The notes: generated by a model not told the origin, from the letters alone. A stretch of DNA of 64,000 nucleotides from Cyanophora paradoxa CCMP329 (GCA_004431415.1 QPMI01000064.1:344345-408344), one strand, 5' to 3'. Shown: positions 22,629 to 35,973, counted from the first letter of the stretch. Made by a program: numbers and translations.

Positions 22629-24746
22629 CTAGTCGCCGTCGCCGTCGCCGTCGCCGACGTCGACGTCGTCGTAGTCTCCGGACACGAGGGACATGCGGGG
22701 CCCGCCGCCCCCGCCTGCGCCGCCCCCGCCTGCGCTGCCGCCGCTGCCGGCGCCGCGGTCTCGGAGGCCCGCGATGCCGGAGCTGACCGGCGAGGCGGTG
22801 CCTGACGAGAGCGACGGCGGCGCCGATCTCCTCTGCCTCGCGCTGCCGCGGCCGCTGCCGCCGGCGCTGCTGCTCGCCGCGCCGCCGCCGCGGCTCCCCA
22901 CGCCGCCGCTGCTGCCCGCGCCGCTGCTGCCGGCCGCGCTGCTCGCGCCGTCCGCTCCCGCGTCCCCGTCCTCCTCCTCCTCCTCATCCTCCTCCTCTTC
23001 GTGCCCGGAGCCCGCCCGCCCCCCCCGGCTCGCGATAGAGGGGCCCCCGGGGGCCGCCCCGACGAGCAGCCGGCTGAGCGATGCCCCCTTGTCCGCCTTG
23101 ACGCACGAGGTCAGCCTAGCCGAGGCGCCCGGGGGAAGGGAGGGGGGTACAAAGCGAACCACGAGGGCGGATGGGTCGGCGCTCCTTCTGCGCGACTTGG
23201 CGAGCGCCTGCAGCCGCCGCTCGGCATCGGGGGCCAGCCCGCCCCCGAAGATCGACCCCGCCTTGATCTGAAAGAGGGGGGAGGGGCGGCTCAGGTGCGC
23301 TCAGATCGGTCTGGTCTGAGGGAGATGCCCCGACCTTCAGCCGCTTCGATACGAGGCTCTCGTCGAAGCCCGAGGCTCGTTTGAAGACCGCCTGGAGGGG
23401 TACATAGTTAGAGAAAACCAGGGGGTACGGGGGAGGGCAGGGTGAAGCGGGTAGAGGTACCCACCTCCTTCGCCGCCCGTTTGTCCGCGTCGTTCGCTTC
23501 CAGGAGGGGTATGGCGACCTGCAGAGCGGCTCGTTCGCTGGACGGGGAACGGAAGAGGAAGAGGGGCCGGGCGCAGACCTTCCAGCCCCCGTGCAGCAGC
23601 TTCGTCTCCTCCACCTCCTTCTTCTTCAGCTCTTTCTTCTCGGTCTGCGAGGGTGCGGCTCGCGCTCGGCTTGTTCGCGGTACCCCTCCAGCCCGCGAAC
23701 CGCGTACCCTGAACTTCTTCCGCATCGCGCTCGACATCGCGAAGTCGTCCTCGTGCGTCCTGTCCACGGCAGATTTGATCTGCTCTAAGCGCGGCATCGC
23801 CTGCGTCCTCCCTGCGTGAGCAAGCGGGCGGGCGGGCGGCTGGCGGCTGGCGGCTGGCGAGCCGCGCGCGCGTATGTGAGAGGCGCGGGCCGCACCTCCT
23901 TTGCCTTGACTTCGCTCGCGGTGGCGTGCTCGAGCCGGTAGAAAGCATTCTCGGCGCGCTTCGCGACCTCCTTCGCATCCTCGAGCTTCTCGACCTGCGC
24001 GCGCTCGCTCACTCAAAGGGCGCCTGGCCTCAGGCGCGCGGCGCCGTCGCAGCTCGCCTCCCCCTCGTCAGGCTCGTAGGTCTCTGTTTTCCGCTTCGCT
24101 CCGGACGCCACGACGTAGTCGCACGCCTGCGGGGCGGCGTCAGCGGGCAGACGCGGAGCGGCACTGGATCCGGGCGTGGACGGGGCGGGCCTTCGGGTCG
24201 GTGTGGATCTCGATGTAGTAGCTACATGAAGGGCACTTCATGCGGAAGCTCCAGATCTTGGTCGACAGGTACTTGCCGATGCACTTCTTCTCCGCATTGA
24301 AGCGCACGCCTGCACGTCTGCGGGCTCAGCGGGCGCGGGCGGGGCTCGGCGGCAGCGATCGGCGCTCGGATACCCTTTGCGATGTGCCGCCCGCAGCCAT
24401 CGCACCACACGTCGTAGGGGAGCTCAAATCTGCAAGGAGAAGTACGTCAGCGCATCAGCGGCGCTGAAGACGGCGATACGGGGCTCGCCGGATGACGAGG
24501 ATGCCCAGGTGAAGTTTCTTCGCCCGCTCCCGGAGCGCATGCTGCCCGTGGAACTTGTTGAGGCCGCCCTGCTCGGGCGTCCACTCTGCTCGGCGGAACC
24601 GGCGTGCGTGAGCGCGGGGCGGCAGGCGCTGCGGGCGGTCGGCGCAGCCGGCGCACCCGGCGGGTAGTACTTGTTGACGGCTTTTCGTTCCGCCTGCGCG
24701 AAGGAGTGAGCAGGGCGCGGATCCAGCCAGAAGCCCGCCGCACCAT
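22629..24746 (-). CDS. YJU2B: Splicing factor YJU2B/CCDC130 (CWC16 family)
   Basis: Spliced product reads [93 protein letters not shown]...[19 protein letters not shown]...NAFYRLEH...[14 protein letters not shown]. Confidence 0.95.
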
Positions 24747-24800
24747 TTCGCTGTGTACCCAGACTGAAAAAAAGTTGCTTGCGTCTTGCTCAACGCTGCG

Positions 24801-27800
24801 ATGGCGAGCCCCGTGGCGCAGCGGCTGAAAGGTGAACGCGCGTGGCTCCTTCGTGCCGCGTCCTGACGCGCTCTCCCGTCGGCGCAGCCGCCCGCGCGGG
24901 CCGCGGCGTGTGCCTCATCGTCTGCCAGGACGAGGAGAAGGACAGGAGCCTGCGTGACGCGATCATACAGCAGAACCGCGCGGAGAAGCGCAGCCGGAAC
25001 AGGTCCGACGCGATGAACCCGAAGCGAGCGAGCAAGCGGCTGGCCGAGGCGCGTCTCTCGAGACAGGGTGCGACGCGCTTCGACGCGCGCCTGCCGTCGA
25101 AGGACGCCCGAGCGCTTCCCCGCAGCGATGCGGGGCGCGGCGGCGGAGGCGGAGCTCACTTCGGTGGCGCTCGCCGAGTGGCGGCGGCTGCAACCGGAGG
25201 AGCGGCGGCGCCTGTGCGAGGAAGCGGGGCGCATGTCGAAGGAGGAGGCGCTCGCGGCCCTGGGCCAGGGCGTTGAGCAGATAGCGCCGCTCCCGCCCGC
25301 CGCGCTGGAGGAGATCTACTCGGCGGCAGCGGACTTCGCCGGCGCGACCGGCGAGTGCGCGTCCGACGAGGGCCCCAGCGCGCCGAACCCGGCGCTGGCG
25401 TACCCGCTCCTCCCGCCCGTGCGGCTCGTCCGGACGGTCGCCGACATCTGCGGGCGCGAGGGCGCCTGCGCGGCGTCGGCGGCCGACGAGCCGGTGACGC
25501 TGGACGACGTCGGGTTCGACGGGACCGTCTACGCGGACGAGGCGGAGCAGAACTGCCGGCCCGCGTACACCCTCCAGTGGCCTGAGCGCCCCGAGGAGGT
25601 CCGCGTACCCCCCCCTGGATCGAGGGGCGCGCCCCCGCTCCGCTCCGCCCCGCCTGACGCTATCGCAGCTGTCGGAATCGCTGAGGGCGTCGATCCGTGT
25701 GGCGCCGGGCGAGCTTCCGGACATTCAGGCGACCCACTGCTTCGTCCTGCGCGCCGAGGAGGTCGTGTTCAGCGTACCCGCCGAGCCCGAGCACCCCCCC
25801 GCCCCCTGCGCCTACCACGGGGCCGCCGCACCCTCTTCCCCCTCCCTCCCCGCATCCCCCGGCTCCTCTACCCCCCCCTCCTCAGCCTCCGCGGGCCCGC
25901 CGGCCCCCGGCTGCCGGCTCGGCCAGCCCGGAGCCCAGCACGAGCTCCGGCTCCGCGCGATCGTGTACCCCTTCCCGGACGCCTGCCCCCGCCACGCGGC
26001 CGCGATCGACCTACCCCCCGCCGGCCGCGTCTTCGTCGAGTGGTCGATGACCGACGCCGACCTACGCGAAGTGCGTACCCCCCGGGGTGCTTCTTCCCCC
26101 ATTCGCTCAGACTTTTTCGTAGGCGCTTACCGTTCGGAACCTCGCGGCGGCGGCCGCCGCGGAGAGCAACCCGCCCGCCACGTCCCCTGTACCCGGGGCG
26201 CCCCCGCCGCCCCCTCCGGGGGTATCCTACCGGAACAGCGCCTACATCACCGCCGAGGCGCGCGCGCCGTACCCCGCGCCGCCTTTTTTCCTTTCCTCTC
26301 CGAACCCGTACCCCCCGCAGATCACCAAGTCGCTCGCCCACTCCGTCCACTGCAGCGGCGCCCTCGACGCTTTCTACGGGTACCCCTCTTCCGCATGTGT
26401 CTTTTTGTATCCAGTTTCGTGACGCAGTACCCCGCAGGGCGTCCTGCGTGATGCCGACCTGCCGCGCCAACGCGACCCTCGAGCGCCTGAAGGACGTGCG
26501 CGTACCCCCGGCGCCTGTCCCCTTTCCTTCCCCGACCCCCCTTTCGCCGCAGCGGATCGTGCTCTCGAACGTGAAGCTCGCCATATCCGCCGAGCTGATC
26601 GTGAACATGATCGGTGTACCCGTGGACCCCGGCCCCTGCCTCCGGCCCGACCCCGAGGCACGCCGCACACACGTACCTCCCCTTTCCCCGCTCATTTCCC
26701 CCCCTCAGCCCTGCTCCGCGTGCCGCTTCTTCGCGAGGACCGCGCGGAAGGACCCCGAGCCCCGGTACCCCCCTCCCTGCACCTTCTGTACCCCTCAGAT
26801 CTGACCTCAGATCAGATCTGACCTGGCGCGGCTCGCGGTGGCGCCCGGGGGCGTCTCGCTGCACCCCTCCGTGGACCCCTCCGCCGCCATCCCCGAGGTC
26901 CTCCTCAGGTGAGCGGCCGTCCTCCCCTCCCCTTCCCCCCCCCCTCCCCTTCCTTCTGACGCGGGGGCAGCACGGAGGCTCTCCGGCAGCTCTCCACCGC
27001 CTGGCAGGCGCGCCCGCCGCCCCGCCCCACACGCCCCGCCCCGCCTCGCCCTCGGCCCCGCCGAGCCTCCTCCTAACCTCCTACCCCCCCTCAGATCGCG
27101 GTGTCGTTCGTGCCGTCGGAGGCGGACCGGGCTCTCCCCGCCGCCGACGAGCGCCGCCTCCTCGCCTCCGTCCTCGTCCGCCCCGCCCCGCCCCGCCCCT
27201 CCGGCCTAGCCCCAGCTCGCTCTAGGCTCGATGGCTTCCCACCCAACCGTGCTCCCCTTCCACCCCGTCCCGCCCCGCCCCGCCATAGACTCGACGGCTT
27301 CCCACCCTTGCTCCCCTTGTCCCCCGTCCGATCCGGCGGCGGCGCAGGGGGACTACGGGGACGAGCTGGGGCAGCTGGCGGCGGTGCGCGGGCGCGCCGC
27401 CGCCCTCGAGGCCGCCCTCCTCGCCCTCCAGGTCCGCCCTGCCCCGGCCGCGGCCCTCGCCGCCCCTTTTTAGAGGATCTGAGAGCGCTTCTGAGAGAAG
27501 TCCCCTAGCGCCGGCCCCCGCCCCGGCCGCGGCCCTCGCCGCCCCTGCTTAGAGCATCTCGATGGGAAACCGAAAGCGTGGTCTAGGTCTGATATGGAAG
27601 CTGAGAGCGCTCCTTAGCGCCCGCACCCGCCCCGAGGGAAGCCGAGGGTGCGATCTAGGGAGAGAAGCCGAGGGTGCTATCTAGATTTGAAGGGCCTTTC
27701 CTTCGTCTTCTTCGCGCTCTTAGAAGACCCCCGAGAGCCGGCCGCGCCCTCGGCGCCCAGCCCTACCCGCCCGACCCCTGACCTCGGCACCCCGCCCCGC

Positions 27801-30800
27801 AGGCGCAGCCGACGCCCGACGCCGGGCCACCGCCCGCCGCGCCCCCTGGACCCATATCCTTGCGCCGCGCCGCTTCCCTCATCTTTGCCTGTACCCCCTC
27901 GCCCCCCTCCTTGACCCCGCCTCCCCCACGCCTGCCGCCTGGAATCGGCGTACCCCTTCGGCTTCGACGTCCGCAACGGCATCGCCGTCTGGGCAGGTAC
28001 CCCTCCCCCTCCCTCCCCTCCCCGTACCCCCCTCCTCCTCCTTCTCCCCCTGAAAACCGATGTTCAGGTGGCTACCGGGCGGACTTGCCCCCTTCGGGCC
28101 CCGGAGACCAGCAGGTACCCCCTGATTTCTAGGGCGCGGGCTTATACCGCTTATCCTCTCCTCTCTGCCGCCCCGCTCGTGGATAGCGAGAGCCGAGAGC
28201 CGAGAGCCGCCCCTCTGGACCCGCCGGTGTGGTACCCCGGGCCGCCCCCTCACCCTCCCTCCCTGCCCTGCAGGTCCTCGCCCTCCACGCGATGCGGGCT
28301 CTCGCCCACGTCGCCTCCACCCGCCGCCACCTCTACGAGCAGGTGACCCTCAGCCTTGCGGTCGCCTGCTGTTCTGGTTGATCGTTCGTTCGTCTGAGCT
28401 TCTCTTCTTCCTCCGCCCCGCCAGGCGCAGTACCGGGGCGTGCAGAACCCGGCCGGCGGCGGCGGCGGCGGCGTCTCGGGCGGGGAGGAAGGGGAGCGGC
28501 GGGGCGGGGGCGGGGGCGGGCGGCCGCGGGCGTCGAGCGCGGCTCAGGAGGCCGCCATGGCGCGCATCCGCCGCCTCATCACCACCCAGGTGCCCCGCCC
28601 CCCGCCTAAGCTCCCCCAGATAGCGCGCCGAATCCGCGTGGGTCGTTTCCCTTCGAGCGGCGCCCTCCCCTTCCCTCCTGTGCCCGCCGCCTGGGCTCCA
28701 GACAGCGCGCCGCATCATCTGCGTGGGTCGTTTCCCTCCGAGCGGCTCACCGGCGGGGGCCTCGCGCGCGCAGCAAATCGGGTGCCCGGAGGGCTCCGTC
28801 TTCTGGTTCCACCCCAACCAGGCCTTCCTCAAGGTCCGATAAGAGGCAGATTCTTACGGGCTCTCCTAGTTTCTTGTAGTTTCTTGTGGGTCCTCAAGCG
28901 GCCGGCCCCCGTGGGATCCTCCGTGGGATAAGAGGCAGATTCGTATCGGTTCTTAGTTCTTATAGGCCCCTGAGGGTTCCTGCAAGCCGTCTGCTAGCCG
29001 TCCCCCGATCGATTCCCTCTCCGTCTGACGCGCCCCCTCCCGGCCTCTCGCCTCGAGCAGAAGGCGGGGGAGGCGCTGCGGCGGCTGCTGGAGCGGCTGC
29101 TGGCCCTCTGGGAGGAGAGCGACCACTGGGAGGCCCGCCCCGCCCCGCCCCGCCCCGCCCCGCCCCGCCCCGCCCCGGCCCGGCCCCTCAGAGAAGCGCA
29201 TCTAGTTCACGGAGAAGCCCGCCCGGCCCGGCCCCGCCCCGCCTCCGCCCTTCCTCAGATAGCAGAGAAGCTCCTAGAGGCGCCTCGCCTCGCTCCGCCC
29301 TGCGCCCTCCTCCTCCTCGGATCGATTGCCTGGCCGCTGCTGACGGGGGCGACGCGCGGGGCGCAGGGGTGGGACGGCCCCAAGCCGGCGGCCGCGGACC
29401 CCGCCCTCCACTGGACCCAGGCCCGCCCCGCCCCGCCCCGCTTAGACTTAGACTTCGACTTAGACTTAAGACTCAGAAGAGTTTAGCTTGTAGCTCGGCT
29501 GGGGAAGAGGCCTCTGACTTCTCCCCCCGCAAGCGACGCCCCCCCCTCTCCCCTTCCTCGGCCGGCGCCGCCTTCCTTTCTCCCTCCCTCCCTGATAACG
29601 ATCTGAGGCGCTCACCCCTCGCGCAGCGGGCGATGGACGCGGTGGCGCGGGCGGCGGCGGCGGAGGGCCCCGGGCCCGGCGAGGATCCCGGCGCCCCGGT
29701 ACCCCCCCCCTCTCCTTTCGCCACTGCGGCCCTCTGATCTGGCCCCCTCTGACCTCCGGAGGCGCAGCAGACGCCGACGGCCGAGTCGGTCGCCCGCGCC
29801 GACGCCGCCGCGCAGCGCGTGCGCCCCGAGCCACCCCCTGATCGTTAGACTTAGAAGGAGACTCTAGCTTGTAGCTCGGCTTGGAGAAGAGGCGTTCCCG
29901 CCCCCCCTCGCGCCCCCTCACGCCCCCTTCGCTCCGCCTCGCCCCGCCCCGCCTCACGCCTCGCGGGAACAGGCTGCGGAGCGTGCGCTGGGGGAGGTGC
30001 GGGCGGTGGCGGGCGAGGCGCGGGCCGTCCGCCAGTACCTCGCCCTCTCCGCCCAGGTCCGCCCAAGACAATATCAAGATCATAGAGTTTGTAGACAATA
30101 CAGTATTAAGAACACAGAGTTTATAGACAATACGATACTAAGAACATAGAGTTTATGCAGAACATAGAGTTTTCAAAAGAGTCACAAGAGTTGTACAAAG
30201 AACATAGAGGAACATAGACCCCGCTCTCAGGTCCGCGGGCGGGGCGGGCAGGAGGCCGAGAGAGCCCACGGCTAAACGCCGCCCGCCCCGCCTCCAATCT
30301 AGACGCCGCCCCGCCTTCAATCGAGACGCCGCCCCGCCCCGCCCCGCCCCGCACCGCCTGCCCTCTGAACCTGTACGCCCTCGCAGTGGCTGGGGGCGCA
30401 GCTGGAGCTCCTCAGGGGGGAGCAGATCGCCGCCGTCCTCCGCTCTCAGGTGCCGTACCCCCCTCTCCCCCGGAAGGCAGGGGACCGGCCTTGTCGGCTT
30501 AGCCTCAGATCTGATCTGATCTGATCTGGCCGGCCTTCCCTCTGCAGGCGGTGGCGGTGTGCGCGTCGCGCGGCGAGCGGCGGCGCCGCGCCGTCGCCTG
30601 CTACGAGTGCGCTCAGATCTGATCTGATCCGATCTGATCTGAGCCGACCCCCCCCCCCCGCAGGTGCGTGCGGGCCTGCTGGCTCCGCCGCCTGACGCTC
30701 CGCCTCCACGAAATGGCCCGGGTACCCCTCTTCTGATCTAAATTTAGACATCTCATCTGATTTCTGACGTTTTTGCTTTTTTCGTGGCAGGAGCGGGCCG

Positions 30801-33716
30801 ACGCCACCTGCGACGCTTTGCTCGCGGCCGAAGGCGCGCCCTCGGGGCCCGAGGCCGGAGCGGCGCCCGGCGCCGGCGCCGCGGGCGCGGGAGGGGCGGG
30901 GAGCGCCGGCGACTCCCCTCCGGCGCCGGCCGGGAAGAAGAGCGGCCGGAAGGGCGGCAGGGGGAGGAAGGGCGGCGCGGGGGTACAGGACGAGGCGGCC
31001 GAGCGCGAGGCGAGCTCCTCGGTGCGCGTACCCCTCCCCTCCCGCCCTGACTTCTCTCCGGCTCTAAGTAGTTTCTTGCCTTAGGCGATGGAGGCGGGAG
31101 ACGGGGCCGAGGAACCGTCGGAGGCAGCAGCCGCCGCCGCAGCCGCTGGCGGCGGCCGGGGCGGCGCGTCGGAGGCGCAGGTGGCTCTGGCGTCCTCCTC
31201 CTCCTCTTCGGCGAACCCGAAGGGGAAGGGCAAGGGCGAGGGGCGCGGGGCCGGCAGGGCGAAGGCCGAGGCGGCGGCGCCGGGGCCAGAGGCGAGGCAA
31301 GGGGCGCAGCCGCCTGCCCCGGCGCAGCCGCAGCAGCAGCAGCCGCAGCCGCAGCCGCAAAAGAAGCGGGAGGAGGAGAAGCCTGCGGCCCAGGAGGCCA
31401 GGCCGGCGCAGCAGCCGCAGCAGGAGGCCAAGCATGCGGCGCCGGCGCCGGAGGTCAAGCCGGCTGCGGAGGCCAAGCCGGCTGCGGAGGCCAAGCCGGC
31501 TGCGGAGGTCAAGCCGGCGGGCTCCAAGTCACCGGAGGCCAAGCCGGCGGGGGGGGCGGCGAAGGGCCCCCGGGCGCGGAAGCAGCCGCAGCCTCCGTCG
31601 AAGCAGGAGGAGGGGCTGGCGGCCCCGGCCCCGGCCCCGGCCCTGGCCCCCGGGCCGGCGCGGGCCCTGGCACCGGCACCGGCACCGGTCCCCGAGCCCG
31701 CGCGGGCCCCGGCGTCCGAGCCGGCGCCGCCCTCGGCGCAGCCGAAGGGCTCCAAGCCTCCGAAGCAGCAGCAGCAGCAGCAGCAGAAGGGGTCCCCCCT
31801 CCCCAAGCCGGCGGCGGCGGACGAGCCGGTACCCCCCGCCTCGAAGCAGGCGAAGGGGGAGTCGTCGGCGGCCCAGAGGGGGCCCTCGCAGCCGCCGCCC
31901 TCGGCACACGCGGTGCGGCGAACCCTCCTCCCGCCGAGTTCGATGAGTGAGAGAGAGAGAGAGAGAGAGAGTGACTCGCGATTCGCAGGCGCCCGCCCCC
32001 GCCGCCCCCGCCGCCCCCGCCGAGTCGCCCAAGGCCATCCTCGCCAAGCTCGAGGAGCGGAGAGACCGCGAGCGCGCCGAGCTCCTCGAGCTCTCCCAGG
32101 TTCGACTCCCGCCGGGCCCCTTTCTTTCGTTGTTCTCTCTGACGCGCCGCGGCCGCCGCCACCCCGCCCGCAGCGCGCGGCGGCGCTGGAGGCGGCGGCG
32201 GAGCAGCGGCGGGCCCTCGCGGCCGCGCGGCGTGAGGCGCGCAGTCGTCTAAGCCGTCTGAGCTCTTTCTCGTCTGAGCGGCGGCCGCAGCTCGCCGAGG
32301 CACGGGAGGAGCTGGAGCGCGAGGCGGCGGCCTCCGCCCGGGCCGCCGAGGACCTCCTGCGCGCCCGGGTACCCCTTTCTTCCTTCCTCCCTTTCGCTCC
32401 ATCTCGTACCCCGTCCGACCTCTCTTCCGCTCAGGCGCTGGAGGGGGAGCGCGAGGCGGCGGCGGCGGAGGCGGAGGCGCGGGCCGCGGCCGCGGCGGAG
32501 GAGGCGGAGGCCGCGCGGAAGGCGGCGGCCGCCGAGGCGCGTCCCTCCCGTTCACTTCTATCCTAATTTGATCTGATCGGATCGGAATTGATCTGGCAGA
32601 CGGGGGAGGCGGCGGGGGCGCGGGTGCGGCTGGCGGAGACGCAGCGGGCGGCCGGCGAGGCGGAGGCCGACGCTCGCTCCCTCCGCATCGTCTGCTCCGT
32701 CCTCCGGTGCCCCCGCCCCGCCCCGCCCCGCCCCGCCCCGCCCCGCCCTGAAGCCCCGAAGCCTCTTGAGACTAGAAACGAAAACTTAAGGACGAAACTT
32801 GAGCTCCGCCCTGCCCCGCCCCGAAGCCTCTTTAAGACTAGAAACGAAGCTTGAGTTCCCTTCGCCGTGCTCGTCTCGCGGCTCCCTGCATCGTCTCAAG
32901 CCTTTAGTTTAGTTTATATTCAGGCCTCTAACTTCAAGCGGAACATGAGTCTCTCCGGCTCGCTCGCTCGCTCGCGAGCCTTCACATTGGCTCCGCTGAC
33001 GCGTTCGGGGCCCGCGGGGCAGGGCGGAGGGGGAGAGCGTGCGCGGCCGCTCCCGCGAGGACATCCAGCAGGTCCGCGTACCCCCCGTCCCTTCTTCCCC
33101 CCCCGGGAGGGGGGTAGAGGGGCTCCTCGCGACGCGGCCGCCGGTCTCATAGAGCAGCGCCCGGCGCGCGCGCGGGGGCGCTGACCTTGTATCTTTCACT
33201 AATTATAGACTATAAACTAGATCGATCTCCTAGACTAGAACAACTGTAGCGCGGGCGCTGACCCGGGCCTGGCGGGGCGGGCGCTGGCCTTGTGTACTAA
33301 TGTGAGGCTGGCCTAGTTGTGTGAGGCGTTGCTAGATCGATCGCCTACACCGTAACATAAATTAGATGGGCCGCCCCCGCGTGGGCTGACCTGGGCCTGG
33401 CCTGGCGGGGCGGGCGCAGCTGGTGGACATGCTCTCGGCGACGGCCTCCGCCGTCCGCGCCGTCCTCGACCGCCGCGCCGGCCCCGGCCCCGGCGTGGGC
33501 CCCGGCGCAGGCGACGGCAGCGGCGACGCCGCCCCCGCCCCGAGGCGCAGGCCGCCGCCGCGACCTGAGCCGCGGACCGCGGCGGGGCGGCGGAGGCGGG
33601 GCCGAGGCCGCGATGTCGCCTGCGCTACTAGCACTCGTATGCTGTGCGAAAACATGTTGCAATTGCATTTTGTCAAGCCTCTGACAGTGGTCGACGTCGA
33701 TCAAGTTTGTACTTGA
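24801..33716 (+). CDS. Very large intron-rich hypothetical protein with low-complexity Ala/Pro/Gln/Lys region and C-terminal coiled coil (may be more than one gene)
   Basis: ATG at 24801 followed by a GT intron. Many short exons bounded by C-rich introns, a long exon at ~31085-31910 (AEAKPA repeats, poly-Q) and coiled-coil exons at 32000-32700. Confidence 0.5.
30066..30220 (+). repeat. AT-rich degenerate intronic minisatellite (aagaacatagagttt-like units)
   Basis: About six imperfect copies of acatagagtt / gacaata in an otherwise very GC-rich gene. Confidence 0.7.
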
Positions 33717-34528
33717 AAATAATGAGACCAGCTAAAAAGAAGCCGGAAAATGTGAAAGCCAGTGATGCGACCAAAATCCTTGGGACAACATGGAGAAATG
33801 AGTCTGTCTCGATGTTAGCATTTCTTTTAGCTATAGTACTATCGAGTAGAAATGCTAACATCAACCCCAGACATCCTCCCATCAACAACTGCGATTCTAT
33901 TGGGAATATGTTGCGCAGGTTTTCGAGGAATGTCCCAGGTTCCACAACCGCCTCAAGGTAAGGCCCTAGGCCGCTCGCTTTCCGTCAGATACTGGAACTG
34001 AGTCCGACGGTCTGGCGAGGAAGCAGAAAGAATATATCTTCAGTGAAAGAGCGCACCATCTCCTCGACGTCCCTGTCGGACGAGACATGGATGAGCACGT
34101 CTGCCCCGTCCTGTCCCCTGATCTTGTATTTCAGCGAGACCGCGGCCGCACGGCAGAGCTGTCTGTCTGCGTAACGCGTTACGAGAACGGATTCGCATGC
34201 GCGTGGGCATGGCAGCGGCCGCGGCCGCAGTGGCGCGCCCTCGTGCAGCTTTCGCGACACATTTCCTCCCACTTGATCATGATACCGCTTCGGAATGAGC
34301 GAAGTTTGGGAGCTGCGTGCCTGTCAGGTATATATATGCCTAGGCTAAAGCTTAAGACAAACAGCGAGTCAAGTTTGGCGCACGTCCGCCATTAGAAGGG
34401 GTGATTAACAGCCTCAGCGACCCGCGGCCGTCCCCGCCAACCTGCGCAAGCGCCGAGTCGTTAGCTAGGCGGAGGCTTGAGTCGGAGACTTCCGCTTGAC
34501 CTACCGCCGCGTCGCCCGGGCTGGCCAT
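33673..34528 (-). CDS. PB1-like domain protein with two C-terminal transmembrane helices
   Basis: VSLKYKIRGQDGADVLIHVSSDRDVEEM resembles the PB1 OPCA motif. The last exon has hydrophobic LLMGGCLGLMLAFLL and ILVASLAFTFSGFFLAGLIIF. Confidence 0.55.
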
Positions 34529-34611
34529 AACCGCCACCAGTCCTGTCAGTCCGACGGTCCGCCTTTTTGCAACCCCCCCCCTTCATTCGCCCGGGGTACA
34601 GAAACCCCGCC

Positions 34612-35475
34612 ATGGTTCGCGCCTCTCTCACGCGCCCTGCGGCCCGCCGGAGCACATGGCGGGACGCAGCTAGCGGCACTCTCTCATTACAGCCTGCCGG
34701 AGGCGCCGCGCCGATGGCTGACGTGCCGCGTCCCCGCAGGCGGACTTTGACGACGACGCAGAGCTTGCGGCGATCCGGTGAGGGTCTTGCGATGCTTCTG
34801 ACATCAACCTGCGCCAGAGATCGCTCCGCCTGACCCGCTCGTCGCCCGCTAGCGCCCGGCGGCTTGCGGAGATGCAGGCGGCGGCGGGAGGCGCGCCCGG
34901 GATGATGCCCGGAATGCCTGGAGGCGGACAGGACCCGGCGAAGGCGGAGGAGATGCGGCGGTGCGTCCGCGCGCGGATTCCCGACTTGTTCCATTCCTGA
35001 TCGGTCGGGCCGTCGCCTCGCGCGTGCAGGCAACAGGAGGAGCGACGGAGGATGATGCTGAACCAGATTCTCACGCGGGAGGCGTCCGAGCGCCGTGCGT
35101 TCCCCCCTGCCGCCCGCCCGCCCGCGCATGGCCCGGTCTCATTGAGAGCGCCCGTCCCCCGCGCGCCCCGCCCCGCCGCAGTCAACCGCATCCGTTTGGT
35201 GAAGGAAGAGAAGGCGCGCGCGGTGGAGGACCTGCTCCTGCGGGCCGCGCAGACGGGCCAGCTCCGGGAGAAGGTCGACGAGCCGCGCCTCATCAACATG
35301 CTGGAGCAGATCAACGAGTCGACACAGAAGGAGACCAAGATCACGGTGCGCGTCTGCCGCGCGTGCCCGTCGCCCGCAGCGCGCCCTGCCTCGGCCCCGC
35401 CGCCGACCCGCCGACCCGCCGCCCCGCCGCGCCCGGGCGCAGATCCAGCGCCGTAGGGTGGACGACGACGACTAG
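34612..35475 (+). CDS. PDCD5: Programmed cell death protein 5 (dsDNA-binding domain, TFAR19/Sdd2 family)
   Basis: Spliced product reads MADFDDDAELAAIRARRLAEMQ...QEERRRMMLNQILTREASERLNRIRLVKEEKARAVEDLLLRAAQTGQLREKVDEPRLINMLEQI...KITIQRRRVDDDD*. Confidence 0.95.
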
Positions 35476-35973
35476 GCCCTGAGGCGTGGTCGCCGTCCAA
35501 GGCGCTGCCCGGGGCGCTGGCGTCGGCCGTCGGCCGCCGCCGCCGGGCGGACGATAGGCGCACCTCACGTAGTGATGTACATGTACAGCTAGCGTTGTGC
35601 GAGCTTGGAGGAATGCTATGACTTGTCGGTGCCACTTGATGCGGTGTTCAAGCTTAAGGATACTGCATGATGCGAGACTGGCCATGGGCGGGAGCTGCGC
35701 CGGCGCAGCGTAAGGCACGCGTCGGACGCGCGGCGCGCGCGCAAAGGCATGCATATGAGAGCGCGTGCACAGCGCGCGCATGCGCGGCGCAGGACACCGA
35801 AGAGAGCAAAGCCCGGCGACCTCGAGAGATAGCTCCATACGCATGCGCGCGCGCCGCGGCGCCTGATTTAGAATATAACTGCACGCGCATTCTTCAGAAT
35901 TAAAACTGTACAACGCGTACGGTGAATAAATTCAACATGTACAGCTAGCGCTAAGCGAGGGGCAATTGCAAGC

